This document shows positions 1 through 11,316 of a stretch of DNA of 64,000 nt, one piece after another. The notes below the pieces were generated by a model, which made no database searches, was not told the origin of the DNA, and saw only the letters and a program-made list of their open reading frames with translations. This DNA comes from Sphingobacteriales bacterium (GTDB lineage Bacteria > Bacteroidota > Bacteroidia > Chitinophagales > UBA2359): contig JADJTE010000009.1 in NCBI GenBank assembly GCA_016711295.1, positions 56,919 through 120,918 on the forward strand, given 5' to 3'. How positions within the stretch are numbered: position 1 is the stretch's first letter; each line of letters begins with the position of its first letter. The translations under genes were made by a program, and so were the position numbers.

Positions 1-730
1 TGATGCTGATTTTGCCCGTTTTCATAAACGTCTGATTGATAAAATGAAACATCGCTCGCATTTCGCGCAGACGGTTGGCAAATCCTATGGCGGTAGTATT
101 GAAGGTATCGGCAACATGATACGGAAAATGTGTTTCCATGAGGTTGATAAACACAAATGCCTTCTCGTTGCGCCGCTCACATTCGGCAATTACGCGCCGC
201 GCATCGTCCAATATATCTCTGTGTAGCAATTGCAACCATGATTTTGTCATTTCTACGTCGGCAGTAAGTTTGCTGGCTATCATATCTTTTGAAAATAGCA
301 TCCTGCGCAAGCGCGGCTTGCCTATCATGACCAAAAATTGCTGCAATCTGTTGAACCGTGCAGGCACCATTTTCCAAGCTCTGCGCACTTCGTCAAAACC
401 GCGGTCTAAACCAAATACTTCGGTAGTGGCTATATTTGCCGTTATCTGAAAAGTGCGGTAGCCTTGTGCTTTCAGCCGTTCGGCTATGGTCGGTACGTCG
501 GTATGTATCTTGCGCGACTGCTCAGTAGCTCCGTGTTGGTGGGGCATCAATCCCGTAAATAGCGATGCTGTGGCAGGCAAAGTCCAGCAACCGCCCGACC
601 GCGCTTGGGCAAACTGCACCGAGTTGTCGGCAAGGTAAGGCATCAAAACATCATTGTTTCGATAAACGGCGTCGTAGCGCAGGCTATCGGCTACGACCAT
701 AATAATATGTCGTGGTTTGGTCGTTGTCAC
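1..730 (-). CDS. sulfatase-like (alkaline-phosphatase superfamily) hydrolase, 5' part; continues beyond window start
   Basis: From my own minus-strand translation, the frame is open from nt 1 up to ATG 699 or GTG 730. It is missing from the ORF track because it leaves the window. The N-terminus reads TTTKPRHIIMVVADSLRYDAVYRNN...SGGCWTLPATASLFTGLMPHQHG, which resembles the N-terminal metal-site region of sulfatase-family enzymes. Confidence 0.6.
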   Translation of the reverse strand, partial: MTTTKPRHIIMVVADSLRYDAVYRNNDVLMPYLADNSVQFAQARSGGCWTLPATASLFTGLMPHQHGATEQSRKIHTDVPTIAERLKAQGYRTFQITANIATTEVFGLDRGFDEVRRAWKMVPARFNRLQQFLVMIGKPRLRRMLFSKDMIASKLTADVEMTKSWLQLLHRDILDDARRVIAECERRNEKAFVFINLMETHFPYHVADTFNTTAIGFANRLREMRAMFHFINQTFMKTGKISI

Positions 731-905
731 TAAAAAAAATAGGGTGGTTGTCTGTATTATAATAACATTTTATCCTGCATATTCCAAAACGCCGTTGTTT
801 TCGGGCTGTAAGGTAAATGCCTTTCAAGCAAACACGGCAATCATAAATATACAATCCATTATCTATGCTTCTATTTTAAATTCTGATGTATGATGAAAAG
901 TAATG

Positions 906-2455
906 TCAGGATAATCCTGTTGCGCCATTTGTAGGACGTAGGGCGATTGGGCGAAACACATAATTATCGTCTTTATCTAAGGCGATATAATTAGCTTTGC
1001 GGCGCAAAAACTCGTCTATCGCGCCTCTCTTATCGCTCGTCATCCAACAAGCCTTATAATAATTGATGGGCTGAAACCGGCACGACGCGCCATATTCGTG
1101 TTCTAAGCGGTATTGTATTACTTCAAATTGCAATTCGCCCACCGTACCCACTATACGGCGGTTGCCCGGTTGTTGGGTAAACAATTGGGCTATGCCTTCG
1201 TCTGTCAATTGTTCTATGCCTTTTTCTAATTGTTTCGACCGCATAGGGTCGGTATTGAGCAATTCTTTGAATATTTCGGGCGAAAAACTCGGAATACCCT
1301 TGAATACTAAGGCTTCGCCCTCTGTAATGGCATCGCCTATTTTAAAATTGCCCGTATCGTACAAGCCAATTACATCGCCCGGATAAGCCTCTTCGACGAT
1401 GCTCTTGCTCGATGCCATGAACGAAACAGGGCTGCTAAACCGCAATTGTTTGCCCAAACGGACGTGGTGAAAAAATTTGCCGCGCTCAAATTTGCCCGAA
1501 CAAACGCGCATAAATGCAATCCGATTGCGGTGATTAGGGTCTATATTAGCGTGTATCTTAAACACAAATCCGCTAAACGTATCTTCTTCGGGCGATACTA
1601 CGCGCAAACTGCTCTCGCGAGCTTGTGGTATCGGCGATATACGCACAAAGGTATTTAATAATTCCTGAACGCCAAAGTTATTGACCGCACTGCCAAAGAA
1701 TACGGGGGCTAAATCGCCTGCCAAATAGCGCGATACATCAAATGGGTCGTACACGCCTTCGATAAATCCGACGTTTTCTCTTAGCTCATCGGCATCGCGT
1801 TGCCCCTAAGTGCGCCACCAATTCGGGGCTATCGAGGTCGCTAATCTGCACAATATCGTCTTCTACGCGCTGGCTGCCTGCCCTAAATAAGTTCAGTTCT
1901 CGGTCATATAAATTATAAACGCCTTTAAAATACGTGCCCATACCTATCGGGAAGCTAAGGGGTTGCACGTGTATATTCAATTTCTTTTCTATCTCGTCCA
2001 TCAAATCGAAGGGGTCTTGCCCGTCGCGGTCGAGCTTGTTGATGAATGCCATCACGGGCGTATTGCGCATACGACATACCGACATCAGTTTTTCGGTTTG
2101 TTCCTCTACGCCTTTTACGCAATCAATGACCAATACCACGCTATCTACTGCCGTAAGGGTGCGGTAGGTGTCTTCGGCAAAATCCTTGTGTCCGGGTGTA
2201 TCTAAGAGGTTGATGAGCAGGTTTTGGTATTCAAAAGTCATCACCGAAGTAGCGACCGATATACCGCGCTGCCGTTCTATTTCCATAAAATCGGAAGTGG
2301 CACTCTTTTTTATTTTGTTCGATTTGACCGCGCCCGCAGTTTGTATTGCCCCCGCCATAGAGCAGCAATTTTTCGGTGAGGGTAGTTTTGCCTGCATCAG
2401 GGTGGCTGATAATGCCAAAAGTGCGGCGTTTTTGTATTTCAGAGCTATATTTCAT
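906..2455 (-). CDS. prfC: peptide chain release factor 3 (GTPase); frame broken twice as assembled
   Basis: ORFs 2231-2479, 1786-2418 and 906-1754 join into one RF3: [35 protein letters not shown]|AIQTAGAVK...DTPGHKDF...NKLDR. Both breaks lie in C-runs (2349-2353 and 1803-1806). Deleting one base from each restores ...YGGAIQTAG... and ...[14 protein letters not shown]... Confidence 0.9.
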
Positions 2456-2565
2456 GTAAGGATAATAAGAGGGGGGCAAGCCTTATGCACTACTTAGGGC
2501 TACACCACCGATATTTTACCTATATATCATCGGTAGTGCAACCCTCTAAGCGCCTTAGAATAGGT

Positions 2566-3255
2566 TTAAGACTGTTTTTTGATGGTTACGCCTTGTGGCT
2601 GAGGTGCTGCGGGGCGTTGCATCGAGTTGTTGGGTGCAGCAGGCGGAATATTCGATTTGAAACTCTGCTGAAACTGCGGGAGGCTGGTATTTCTGTAGTG
2701 ATTTTCGCCGATATAGCGGCACAAGGCATCAAAAGCGGCTGCATCTTTATAGCCAGGATAGGCATCAATGCGGTTTAGCTGCTCGTCTAAGAACGCAAAA
2801 CTCGGATAACCCATACGCCCCGAAGGTTGGTCGCCCAAAATCAATTTATATGCCAATTCGCTGGTAGGTCTGCGTCCGCCTGGCTTAGAATTGTAGGTTT
2901 TTCCGTTGAATGTGACGGGCTGCTCGGTCTCGGCATTGAACTTGACAGCATAAAATTTCTCGTTCATATATTTAGCTAACTCTTCGTTGCTAAATGTAGA
3001 TTTGTCCATACGTTTGCACCAACCGCACCAGTCGGTATATAAATCGACCATTACTTTGCGCGGTTCAGATTTCATTTTGTCCTCTAATTGTTCTATCCCA
3101 ATCCACTCTACCGGTCCGGCGTAGTGGGGGTTGTCCGGTGCGTTAGCCGTAGTATTGCCCGATGCCTTTTTGTCGGCGGGGTCAGATTGGCAGGCTTGCA
3201 GCAAACAACAGCAAATGGCTATGACAGCCGATAAGATATAGCGTTTTTGAAGCAT
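2566..3255 (-). CDS. thioredoxin-fold lipoprotein
   Basis: This is a 229-aa ORF. It has a lipoprotein-type signal (LSAVIAICCCLLQAC) and a CxxC active site in a thioredoxin context (DLYTDWCGWCKRMD). Confidence 0.75.
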   Translation of the reverse strand: MLQKRYILSAVIAICCCLLQACQSDPADKKASGNTTANAPDNPHYAGPVEWIGIEQLEDKMKSEPRKVMVDLYTDWCGWCKRMDKSTFSNEELAKYMNEKFYAVKFNAETEQPVTFNGKTYNSKPGGRRPTSELAYKLILGDQPSGRMGYPSFAFLDEQLNRIDAYPGYKDAAAFDALCRYIGENHYRNTSLPQFQQSFKSNIPPAAPNNSMQRPAAPQPQGVTIKKQS

Positions 3256-3292
3256 GATTATGGGTGTTTTTATAGTGTTTTTTTATTAAATC

Positions 3293-3421
3293 GTAACTAT
3301 TTAGGGTATGGGGTTTTGGGTATGGGGTAATGGTCAATACCCATCTAATAATGCCCGAAATCATAGCATATTCGATTAGAAATAGCTATTCTTGGGGGCT
3401 GCCCCTAGGCTAAATAGTCAC
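3293..3421. mobile_element. MITE-like element, family 1 (GTAACTATTTAG terminal inverted repeats), copy a
   Basis: This 129-bp element starts gtaactatttagg and ends ggctaaatagtcac. It is flanked by a direct 8-bp duplication, ATTAAATC, at 3285-3292 and 3422-3429. It is similar along its length to 53746-53877. Confidence 0.75.
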
Positions 3422-3479
3422 ATTAAATCAATAATTCGTGCTTAAAACATTAATTTATATGATATTCATTATTCAAATT

Positions 3480-4643
3480 TTAACACATCATTTCGCGGTA
3501 TAAGTTCATCATTATTGGGGCAATAATATCGGGTCTGAACTGCTGGGCGTGCCCCCAACCATGTAATATCATGTCCATACGCAGCGAGCCTACCGTTAAT
3601 ACTTTTTCTAAGGTATGAGCAAATTGTTCGGTATCGTCGGGGTCGATATATTGGGTATGGCTGCCGCCTGCTTCTTCCAAACCCTTAGCCGCAATAACGG
3701 GCACACGGCTACACAAACCTTCGACAATAGGATAGCCCCAACCTTCTGCTATGGACGGATAAAGTACTGCGGCAGCGCAACGATAGAGCGCGGGCAGATG
3801 GGTCTGGGCTACATAATCGAGCAGTATTACTTGGCTACGCAAATCATTCTGGGCAATATATTGGGCTACGCTATCGGCATACGCGCTATCGAGCGGATAA
3901 TTGAGGGCTACTATCGGAACAGATAAGCGCGGACGCAATCGCACAACCGCTTTCAGCAGCGATAACAAGTTTTTTCGGGGCTGCATTCCGCCTATATGCA
4001 GCACATATTGGTCGGGCAATTGATAGGGCAATTGGTATTCCTGCTGCACAAAAAAACCATGTTGGAGCATCATTTGGTCGCCGTAGTCATAAAAATCGGG
4101 GTGGCAACTTGGGTTGATAACGCTTATTCGCTGGGGGTCGATACCCCAATATTGAACGATATCACTTTTAGTAGCTTGGCTAATGGCTACTATTCGGTCG
4201 GCAACACGGCAGGCGAAGGCATATTTCTGCTGGTATACGAGGCGGTCAAAGAAAGAGTATAGCTGCGGGTGGCGCAAAAAGATGAGGTCGTGTATCGTAA
4301 CAATATTTTTGGCACCGCCGCGCCGCACATTCAAGGGCAATTCGTGGCTCAAACCGTGATAGATATCTAAGCGGTCGCGGCGTATTTGGTTGCCCATATA
4401 AATACTACGCCAAGCACTGCCGCCCAAGAGGGCATCGCGGGCAGTAGGCGGTGTGCGCACCTGCATAGCATCGCTTGGTAGAAAAAGGGGTTTTTCGCCA
4501 ATGCCGATATTTGCTTTGGGTACGTATAAAAAGTAGCGGTGTTCGGGAAAATAGGTGCCAAGGCTATTGATAGCGTTGCGGCTATAATTGCCCAAGCCAC
4601 TGCGGTTAAAAAAAGCGCGTTTGGCATCAAAACCTATATTCAT
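3480..4643 (-). CDS. glycosyltransferase, GT-B fold (family 1/4-like)
   Basis: This is a 387-aa ORF. The C-terminal region YPSIAEGWGYPIVEGLCSRVPVIAA matches the EX7E-type motif of group 1 glycosyltransferases. Confidence 0.75.
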   Translation of the reverse strand: MNIGFDAKRAFFNRSGLGNYSRNAINSLGTYFPEHRYFLYVPKANIGIGEKPLFLPSDAMQVRTPPTARDALLGGSAWRSIYMGNQIRRDRLDIYHGLSHELPLNVRRGGAKNIVTIHDLIFLRHPQLYSFFDRLVYQQKYAFACRVADRIVAISQATKSDIVQYWGIDPQRISVINPSCHPDFYDYGDQMMLQHGFFVQQEYQLPYQLPDQYVLHIGGMQPRKNLLSLLKAVVRLRPRLSVPIVALNYPLDSAYADSVAQYIAQNDLRSQVILLDYVAQTHLPALYRCAAAVLYPSIAEGWGYPIVEGLCSRVPVIAAKGLEEAGGSHTQYIDPDDTEQFAHTLEKVLTVGSLRMDMILHGWGHAQQFRPDIIAPIMMNLYREMMC

Positions 4644-4743
4644 ACATCGAGGGGCGGAGCTAAAATCCTATTTTGTCATGTGTGTTTTTAAGCAAAGGGC
4701 GGCATTGAGCCTCACTACGGGGGCGAGAGGCGTAATTTTAGAG

Positions 4744-6386
<1,643 letters not shown>

Positions 6387-6405
6387 CTATTTCGCCGAAA
6401 CGCCG

Positions 6406-6413
6406 TACCTTTG
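6406..6413 (+). promoter_or_regulatory. candidate Bacteroidota -7 box (TACCTTTG)
   Basis: This matches the TAnnTTTG consensus about 130 nt upstream of the DUF58 gene start. Confidence 0.35.
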
Positions 6414-6541
6414 CTTTCGTGCAGCCAATCCAATTCCCTCGGCACCATAGCCGCCTACGCATAATAGCGCGTTTGTTGGCGGGGCAGTAGCAGCAAAAAT
6501 TTCGAGCCAGCCGCCTCTAATTGTTCAATCGGACAAGCATT

Positions 6542-7880
6542 ATGTTTAAAAAATATTATCTATCTTTTTTTCTATCCAACCGATTTTTTGTTGGCATTTC
6601 TATATCTGTACTGCTATTGATGCTCGCCTATTTTTTCCCGCTCATTCTGAGCTTGGTCAAAATGGCGGTAGTGGCTTGGGCATACTTACTTTTATAGATA
6701 TATTGCTGCTTTATCGTTGGACAGAGGGCATAGAGGCAGAGCGCGTATTGCCCGACCGTTTTTCTAACGGCGACGACAATGACGTGCTTTGGCGCGTGGC
6801 TAATCAATATCCATATACCATCAAGCTCGAAATCATAGACGAACTACCCATACAGTTTCAAAACCGAGATGCCCGACATCGCTGTCACCTGCCGAGCGAC
6901 CAATCACAGTCCATACGCTATACGTTGCGCCCCACCGAGCGCGGGCAATATTTTTTTGGCGCACTCAATATATTTGCCGCCAGCCCCTTGGGTTTAGTAC
7001 AACGCCGCTACCGATTTGCCGCCGAAGGCAAAATGATAGCCGTCTATCCATCGTTTTTGCAAATGCGCCAATACGAGCTATTAGCCGCTACCAACCGCCT
7101 GCAAGAGTATGGCATCAAACGCATTAGGCGCATCGGGCAGAGTATGGAGTTTGAACAGATACGCGAATACGTATCGGGCGACGACTACCGAAACGTCAAT
7201 TGGAAAGCATCAGCCCGCCACAACGATATAATGGTCAATCAGTATGAAGACGAAAAAGCACAACCTATTGTCAATGTGATAGATAAGGGGCGCGTAATGC
7301 GTATGCCTTTCGAACAATTATCGCTACTCGATTATGCCATCAATGCCACTTTGGTTATTGCTAATATAGCCCTGAAAAAGGCGACAAAGCGGGCTTGCTC
7401 ACCTTTTCGCACCAAATAGGCAGTATGGTAGCTCCCGCCAAACGCGGCGACCAACTATGGCGCATACAGGAAACGCTGTACCAAGAAAGTACCAACTTTT
7501 TGGAAACGGATTACGAAAAATTGTTCATAACAGTGCGCCGGCAATTGAACCACCGCTGTTTGCTCTTGCTCTATACCAATTTTGAAAGCCTCGCCGCCTT
7601 GCATCGGCAATTGCCATTTTTGCGGCGTTTGGCAAAATCCCACCTCTTAGTCGTTATATTTTTTGAAAATACCGAACTACGCCACCTCACCAACGCCCCC
7701 GCCTTAGACATAGAAGAGGTATATCAGAAAACCATTGCCGAAAAAATGGCATTTGAGAAACGGCAAATCGTCAAAGAATTGCAGGCACACGGCATTCAGA
7801 GCATACTAACTACCCCACAAAACCTAAGCGTCAATGCGCTGAATAAATATTTAGAATTGAAAGCAAGAGGCATGATTTAA
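6542..7880 (+). CDS. DUF58-family protein (MoxR-associated, vWA-like); two frame breaks as assembled
   Basis: Three pieces join. The first is 6542 to about 6690 (MFKKYYLSFFLSNRFFVGISISVLLLML..., two hydrophobic helices). The other two are ORFs 6676-7419 and 7395-7880. The motif ...REYVSGDDYRNVNWKASARHN... is typical of DUF58. Confidence 0.7.
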
Positions 7881-7900
7881 CCCGCTATCGCGCAACCCTA

Positions 7901-8687
7901 TCACCTATCAACAATAGGGACAAACTTAGCGCGGTGCGGCAATAGATAGTGCATCAATTGTCTTTCGGCTTCGCTACCCGTCTTTCGGTATTGGCGCGTA
8001 GCTACGGCAAAATAGGTTTTGTCGTCATTGCCAAACTCGGCTACGGTAGCTACTACACATACCTGCCCAGCATCAATGCCCGATTCGGCAATATGGACTT
8101 GCATAGCTGCTAACTTATCTTTTATCGTGACAGGCGCAAATTGCCCGCCACCTATCTTGTCCGAAATAGCTACAGCAGGACAGCCCGCATACACCGTATT
8201 ATACGCCATATCGTGCGTAATGACCGAACCCACCAAAGCCATAGCACGGTCGGCAATCGAGACGGGCGACACAATACAATGCCCCACCAACCAAACATCG
8301 TTGCCCACTACTAAGGGCTTTTCGGTATAAAAACGACATCCCTCCATCATATCGCCATATTTTATATGACTCCACAACTGAGAATAAGCTCCTATGCCGC
8401 AATTATCGCCTATCGAGATACCGCCTATGCTATCCAAAATACAATGCTGCCCTATCCAAGCATTATGCCCTATGTGACAGGGTTGATAGCCGTGTATATT
8501 GGTATGATGATGAATTTTGCCATAATCGCCAATCGAAAATCGGAGCAAATAATCTATCCGAATCGCCGATATAAGTATTATCACCAATAACAACCGATTG
8601 GGCATCGCCATCTATACCGCGAATAATAGCCGTATTAGCTATCACAACATTGCGACCGATTTGTAAATGACGGGCGTAAATAGGCAT
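7901..8687 (-). CDS. hexapeptide-repeat (left-handed beta-helix) acyltransferase; one frame break
   Basis: ORFs 8463-8687 and 7901-8611 join. A hexapeptide pattern recurs (VIGDNTYIG, SIGDNCGIG, VVGNDVWLVG). Confidence 0.7.
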
Positions 8688-8819
8688 ACGAATTTAATGT
8701 TCTATTAAGTGACAAGTGTTTGCTAATGTTCTGAATGATTGAAAGGTATTGCACACAAAAATTCTAATTATATTTTACCATAAAACGTTTTTTTTCTTTA
8801 ACATAAACCATATTATTCC

Positions 8820-9125
8820 ATGATTCGTTTCTTTTCTACCTTAGTTCTGCTCGCTACTGTGTTGGTCAGTTGCAATAACACGGCACAAAAGCCCGCCGCC
8901 GACGCAAAAACCGATGCTATGGGCAATGCCACCGAGCAGGCTCCTGCTGCGCTAAAAGTAGCCCCCGAACAATTGGCAACCCTCAAAGATGTAGTTTGTG
9001 GTATGAGCGTCAAAATAGATGCCATAGCCGATACTGCTGTTGTCGATGGCAAAGTATATCCGTTCTGCGCCTCCGAGTGCAAAAAGACTTTCTTAGCCGA
9101 TGTAAACAAATACAAAATCAATTAG
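8820..9125 (+). CDS. YHS/TRASH-type metal-binding lipoprotein
   Basis: This is a 101-aa ORF. It has a lipobox (LLATVLVSC) and a C-terminal VVCGMSVK...GKVYPFCASECKKTF motif. Confidence 0.65.
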   Translation: MIRFFSTLVLLATVLVSCNNTAQKPAADAKTDAMGNATEQAPAALKVAPEQLATLKDVVCGMSVKIDAIADTAVVDGKVYPFCASECKKTFLADVNKYKIN

Positions 9126-9143
9126 TGCCATGATGCTTGGCAG

Positions 9144-9195
9144 CAGTAAGCTAACCGAGGTCGCGCAAGCCCTTTGTTAGCTTACTGTCTATTTT
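9144..9195. terminator. hairpin between convergent genes (possible bidirectional terminator)
   Basis: A 12-bp perfect stem, cagtaagctaac (9144-9155) with gttagcttactg (9176-9187), is followed by tctattttt. It lies between the + YHS gene and the - mtgA gene. Confidence 0.5.
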
Positions 9196-9232
9196 TCATT
9201 TTGTTTCCGCCTTATCAGGTACTGCTACGCGC

Positions 9233-10012
9233 TTAGGACGCATCTTTGGCAGTTTTTGGTCGGGTCGGGTTGGGTTTTGGGGTCCTGATAGTAGATAAAA
9301 ACGCCGTTCCGCCCATTGCCTTTGCCTGCCGCATAATCCATTTTTTGCGGTCGTTTACGTATTTAATAGGCTTTACGGGGCTGTATAGGCGTGGGTTGGG
9401 CAAGCAGGCGGCTATTAGTGCCGCTTCGTCGGCATTGAGTTGTTGGGCTGTTTTCCGAAAATAAATTTTGGCGGCTGCCTCTGCACCAAACACGCGGTCG
9501 CCTGTTTCTGCTACATTTAAGTAAACTTCTAAGATACGTTCTTTGCTCCAAAACGTTTCGATGAGTACCGTAAAATAGGTTTCTAAGCCTTTGCGCACCC
9601 AATCGCGCCCTTCCCACAAAAAAACGTTTTTGGCGGTTTGTTGCGAGATGGTACTCGCTCCCTTAATGCGCATCTTTTTTTTGCCCACTTGCGTTTTATT
9701 GTGGGCTATTGCCTCTTCTATGGCTTTGAAATCGAAACCATTATGAAACGGAAAAGTTTGGTCTTCGGCTGCTATCACAGCCACTACTAATTGCGGCGAT
9801 AGCTGTGCGTAGGGTCTCCATTGTTGATAAATGGCTTTGTCCGAAATGCTGGGGTTACGCAGGGCGGCTACCTTGCGCTTGATAATGAGCAAAGTAGTTG
9901 GCGGGTTGATAAACGCATATAGCCACACCCATACCACCGACAAAATGAGGGCGATACAGCACCATTTGAACAAAAAAAGTGCAATGCGGCGAGGTAATGA
10001 GCGGCGACGCAT
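9233..10012 (-). CDS. mtgA: monofunctional peptidoglycan glycosyltransferase (GT51)
   Basis: This is a 259-aa ORF. It has an N-terminal TM helix and the GT51 motifs AAEDQTFPFHNGFD and GASTISQQTAKN. Confidence 0.88.
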   Translation of the reverse strand: MRRRSLPRRIALFLFKWCCIALILSVVWVWLYAFINPPTTLLIIKRKVAALRNPSISDKAIYQQWRPYAQLSPQLVVAVIAAEDQTFPFHNGFDFKAIEEAIAHNKTQVGKKKMRIKGASTISQQTAKNVFLWEGRDWVRKGLETYFTVLIETFWSKERILEVYLNVAETGDRVFGAEAAAKIYFRKTAQQLNADEAALIAACLPNPRLYSPVKPIKYVNDRKKWIMRQAKAMGGTAFLSTIRTPKPNPTRPKTAKDAS

Positions 10013-10107
10013 GGGTGGCGTAAATATATTAAATTAATTATACAAGAATAAGTAAGAAAATTTATTGCGTAGGATTTAATGCAAAGAATATTCGTATCAA
10101 TCTTTTT

Positions 10108-10467
10108 TTAATCACAACGCACCGATGTCGCTTTAAAATAAGTCATTGTTCCGCCTGGACAAACGCCGTTGGTGTCTTTCGCCTGCGTTACAGTGACATA
10201 TTCCCCTGTAAAAGTAGGGCTTTTGCAGTTAATTTCCGTTTTGTCGTCTGCAATACAAATGGCAATTTCTTCGCCCGACGCGGTGTTGAGATAGCCACCA
10301 TTATAACAAAAGCAACTCAAAGCGACCATTACGCCGCGCTTGCTCTCAAAACTCCCGCTGAGGCTTGTTGTTTTAGCAGATTTGGCGGTCGTGGGTCTTT
10401 GCGGCGTTTTGCAAGAAGCAGAACAACACAAAACCAATATCATTGATAGTAAAAATATTTGTTTCAT
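10108..10467 (-). CDS. small Cys-rich lipoprotein, unknown function
   Basis: This is a 119-aa ORF. It has a signal peptide plus lipobox-like LVLCCSASC, and its start overlaps the upstream gene's stop (ATGA). Confidence 0.5.
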   Translation of the reverse strand: MKQIFLLSMILVLCCSASCKTPQRPTTAKSAKTTSLSGSFESKRGVMVALSCFCYNGGYLNTASGEEIAICIADDKTEINCKSPTFTGEYVTVTQAKDTNGVCPGGTMTYFKATSVRCD

Positions 10468-11114
10468 ACTTTACTTGTTTTGCCAAAAATATAGTCAATA
10501 AAAATCAAAATATTGCTGAAAACAAAAAAAGACACGATAATTCCCAAGAAATTTTTCATCGCTATTGCATAGCCCAAAGCATTGACGTTGGCAAAGGGAT
10601 AAGGATAAAAATCGGTTATCTCGCCCCGCACCAGCGTATAAGCCCCATACAACAAAAGATATGAGAGCCAATAAAGGCTATGCCAATACTTCACCGCGCC
10701 CGATTTCATAAACAAAAGGGCATAAATCAAAAAGTAAGCAGGATTGATATAATGCAAAAAAATATTATAAACCATTAGCATTCCCACGGGATGGTAAATC
10801 GCCGATAATAAAAGGTGATAGGCTATTCCGATAAATAAAATATATGACAATATAGCTTTCTCTACTGTTGGTTTTTGGAAAAAAGTACCTAATCGGGAAT
10901 TGGGAAAAAACGCTACGACAAAAAAATATATTCCGACTAATATATTTGTCCATATAGTCAAAAAGCTCGATAAGTTCGCAAATCCTTCCCATACGGTATC
11001 GCCCAGAAACGACGGGACAGTAGTGGCTAATGAGTAATAACGCCCCAATACAGGAAAAGCGATGAATGTAAGACCAAGTAATTGGCAACTTTTTTGGGCA
11101 ACAGTAGCAGACAT
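10464..11114 (-). CDS. integral membrane protein, unknown function
   Basis: This is a 216-aa ORF with about six hydrophobic segments and no motif I recognise. Confidence 0.5.
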   Translation of the reverse strand: MSATVAQKSCQLLGLTFIAFPVLGRYYSLATTVPSFLGDTVWEGFANLSSFLTIWTNILVGIYFFVVAFFPNSRLGTFFQKPTVEKAILSYILFIGIAYHLLLSAIYHPVGMLMVYNIFLHYINPAYFLIYALLFMKSGAVKYWHSLYWLSYLLLYGAYTLVRGEITDFYPYPFANVNALGYAIAMKNFLGIIVSFFVFSNILIFIDYIFGKTSKV

Positions 11115-11186
11115 GAATATTATGTGCTCTTTAAAGGAGTGCTTTCGGAATCATATAATCCAAACATGACTTAGCTTTCGGCTTCA

Positions 11187-11194
11187 CAAAGGTA
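11187..11194 (-). promoter_or_regulatory. candidate -7 box (TACCTTTG on minus strand)
   Basis: The plus strand reads caaaggta about 70 nt upstream of the minus-strand start at 11114. Confidence 0.4.
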
Positions 11195-11316
11195 AGAAAT
11201 AATGTATTACGTAGGTTTCCATACTCCGAATTATATCATTTTCCAAAGCCTATCTATCAGACATTGCTTAGGGCAAAATATTCGCGAAAATACTGTTTTT
11301 TTTGTACCTTTGCGCT

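Noticed and set aside
1803-2353. The prfC frame breaks could be programmed frameshifting, by analogy with prfB.
   Set aside because: Programmed +1 shifting is known for RF2, not RF3. The breaks are in plain G/C homopolymers with no shift-site or SD context, and many unrelated genes show the same defect.
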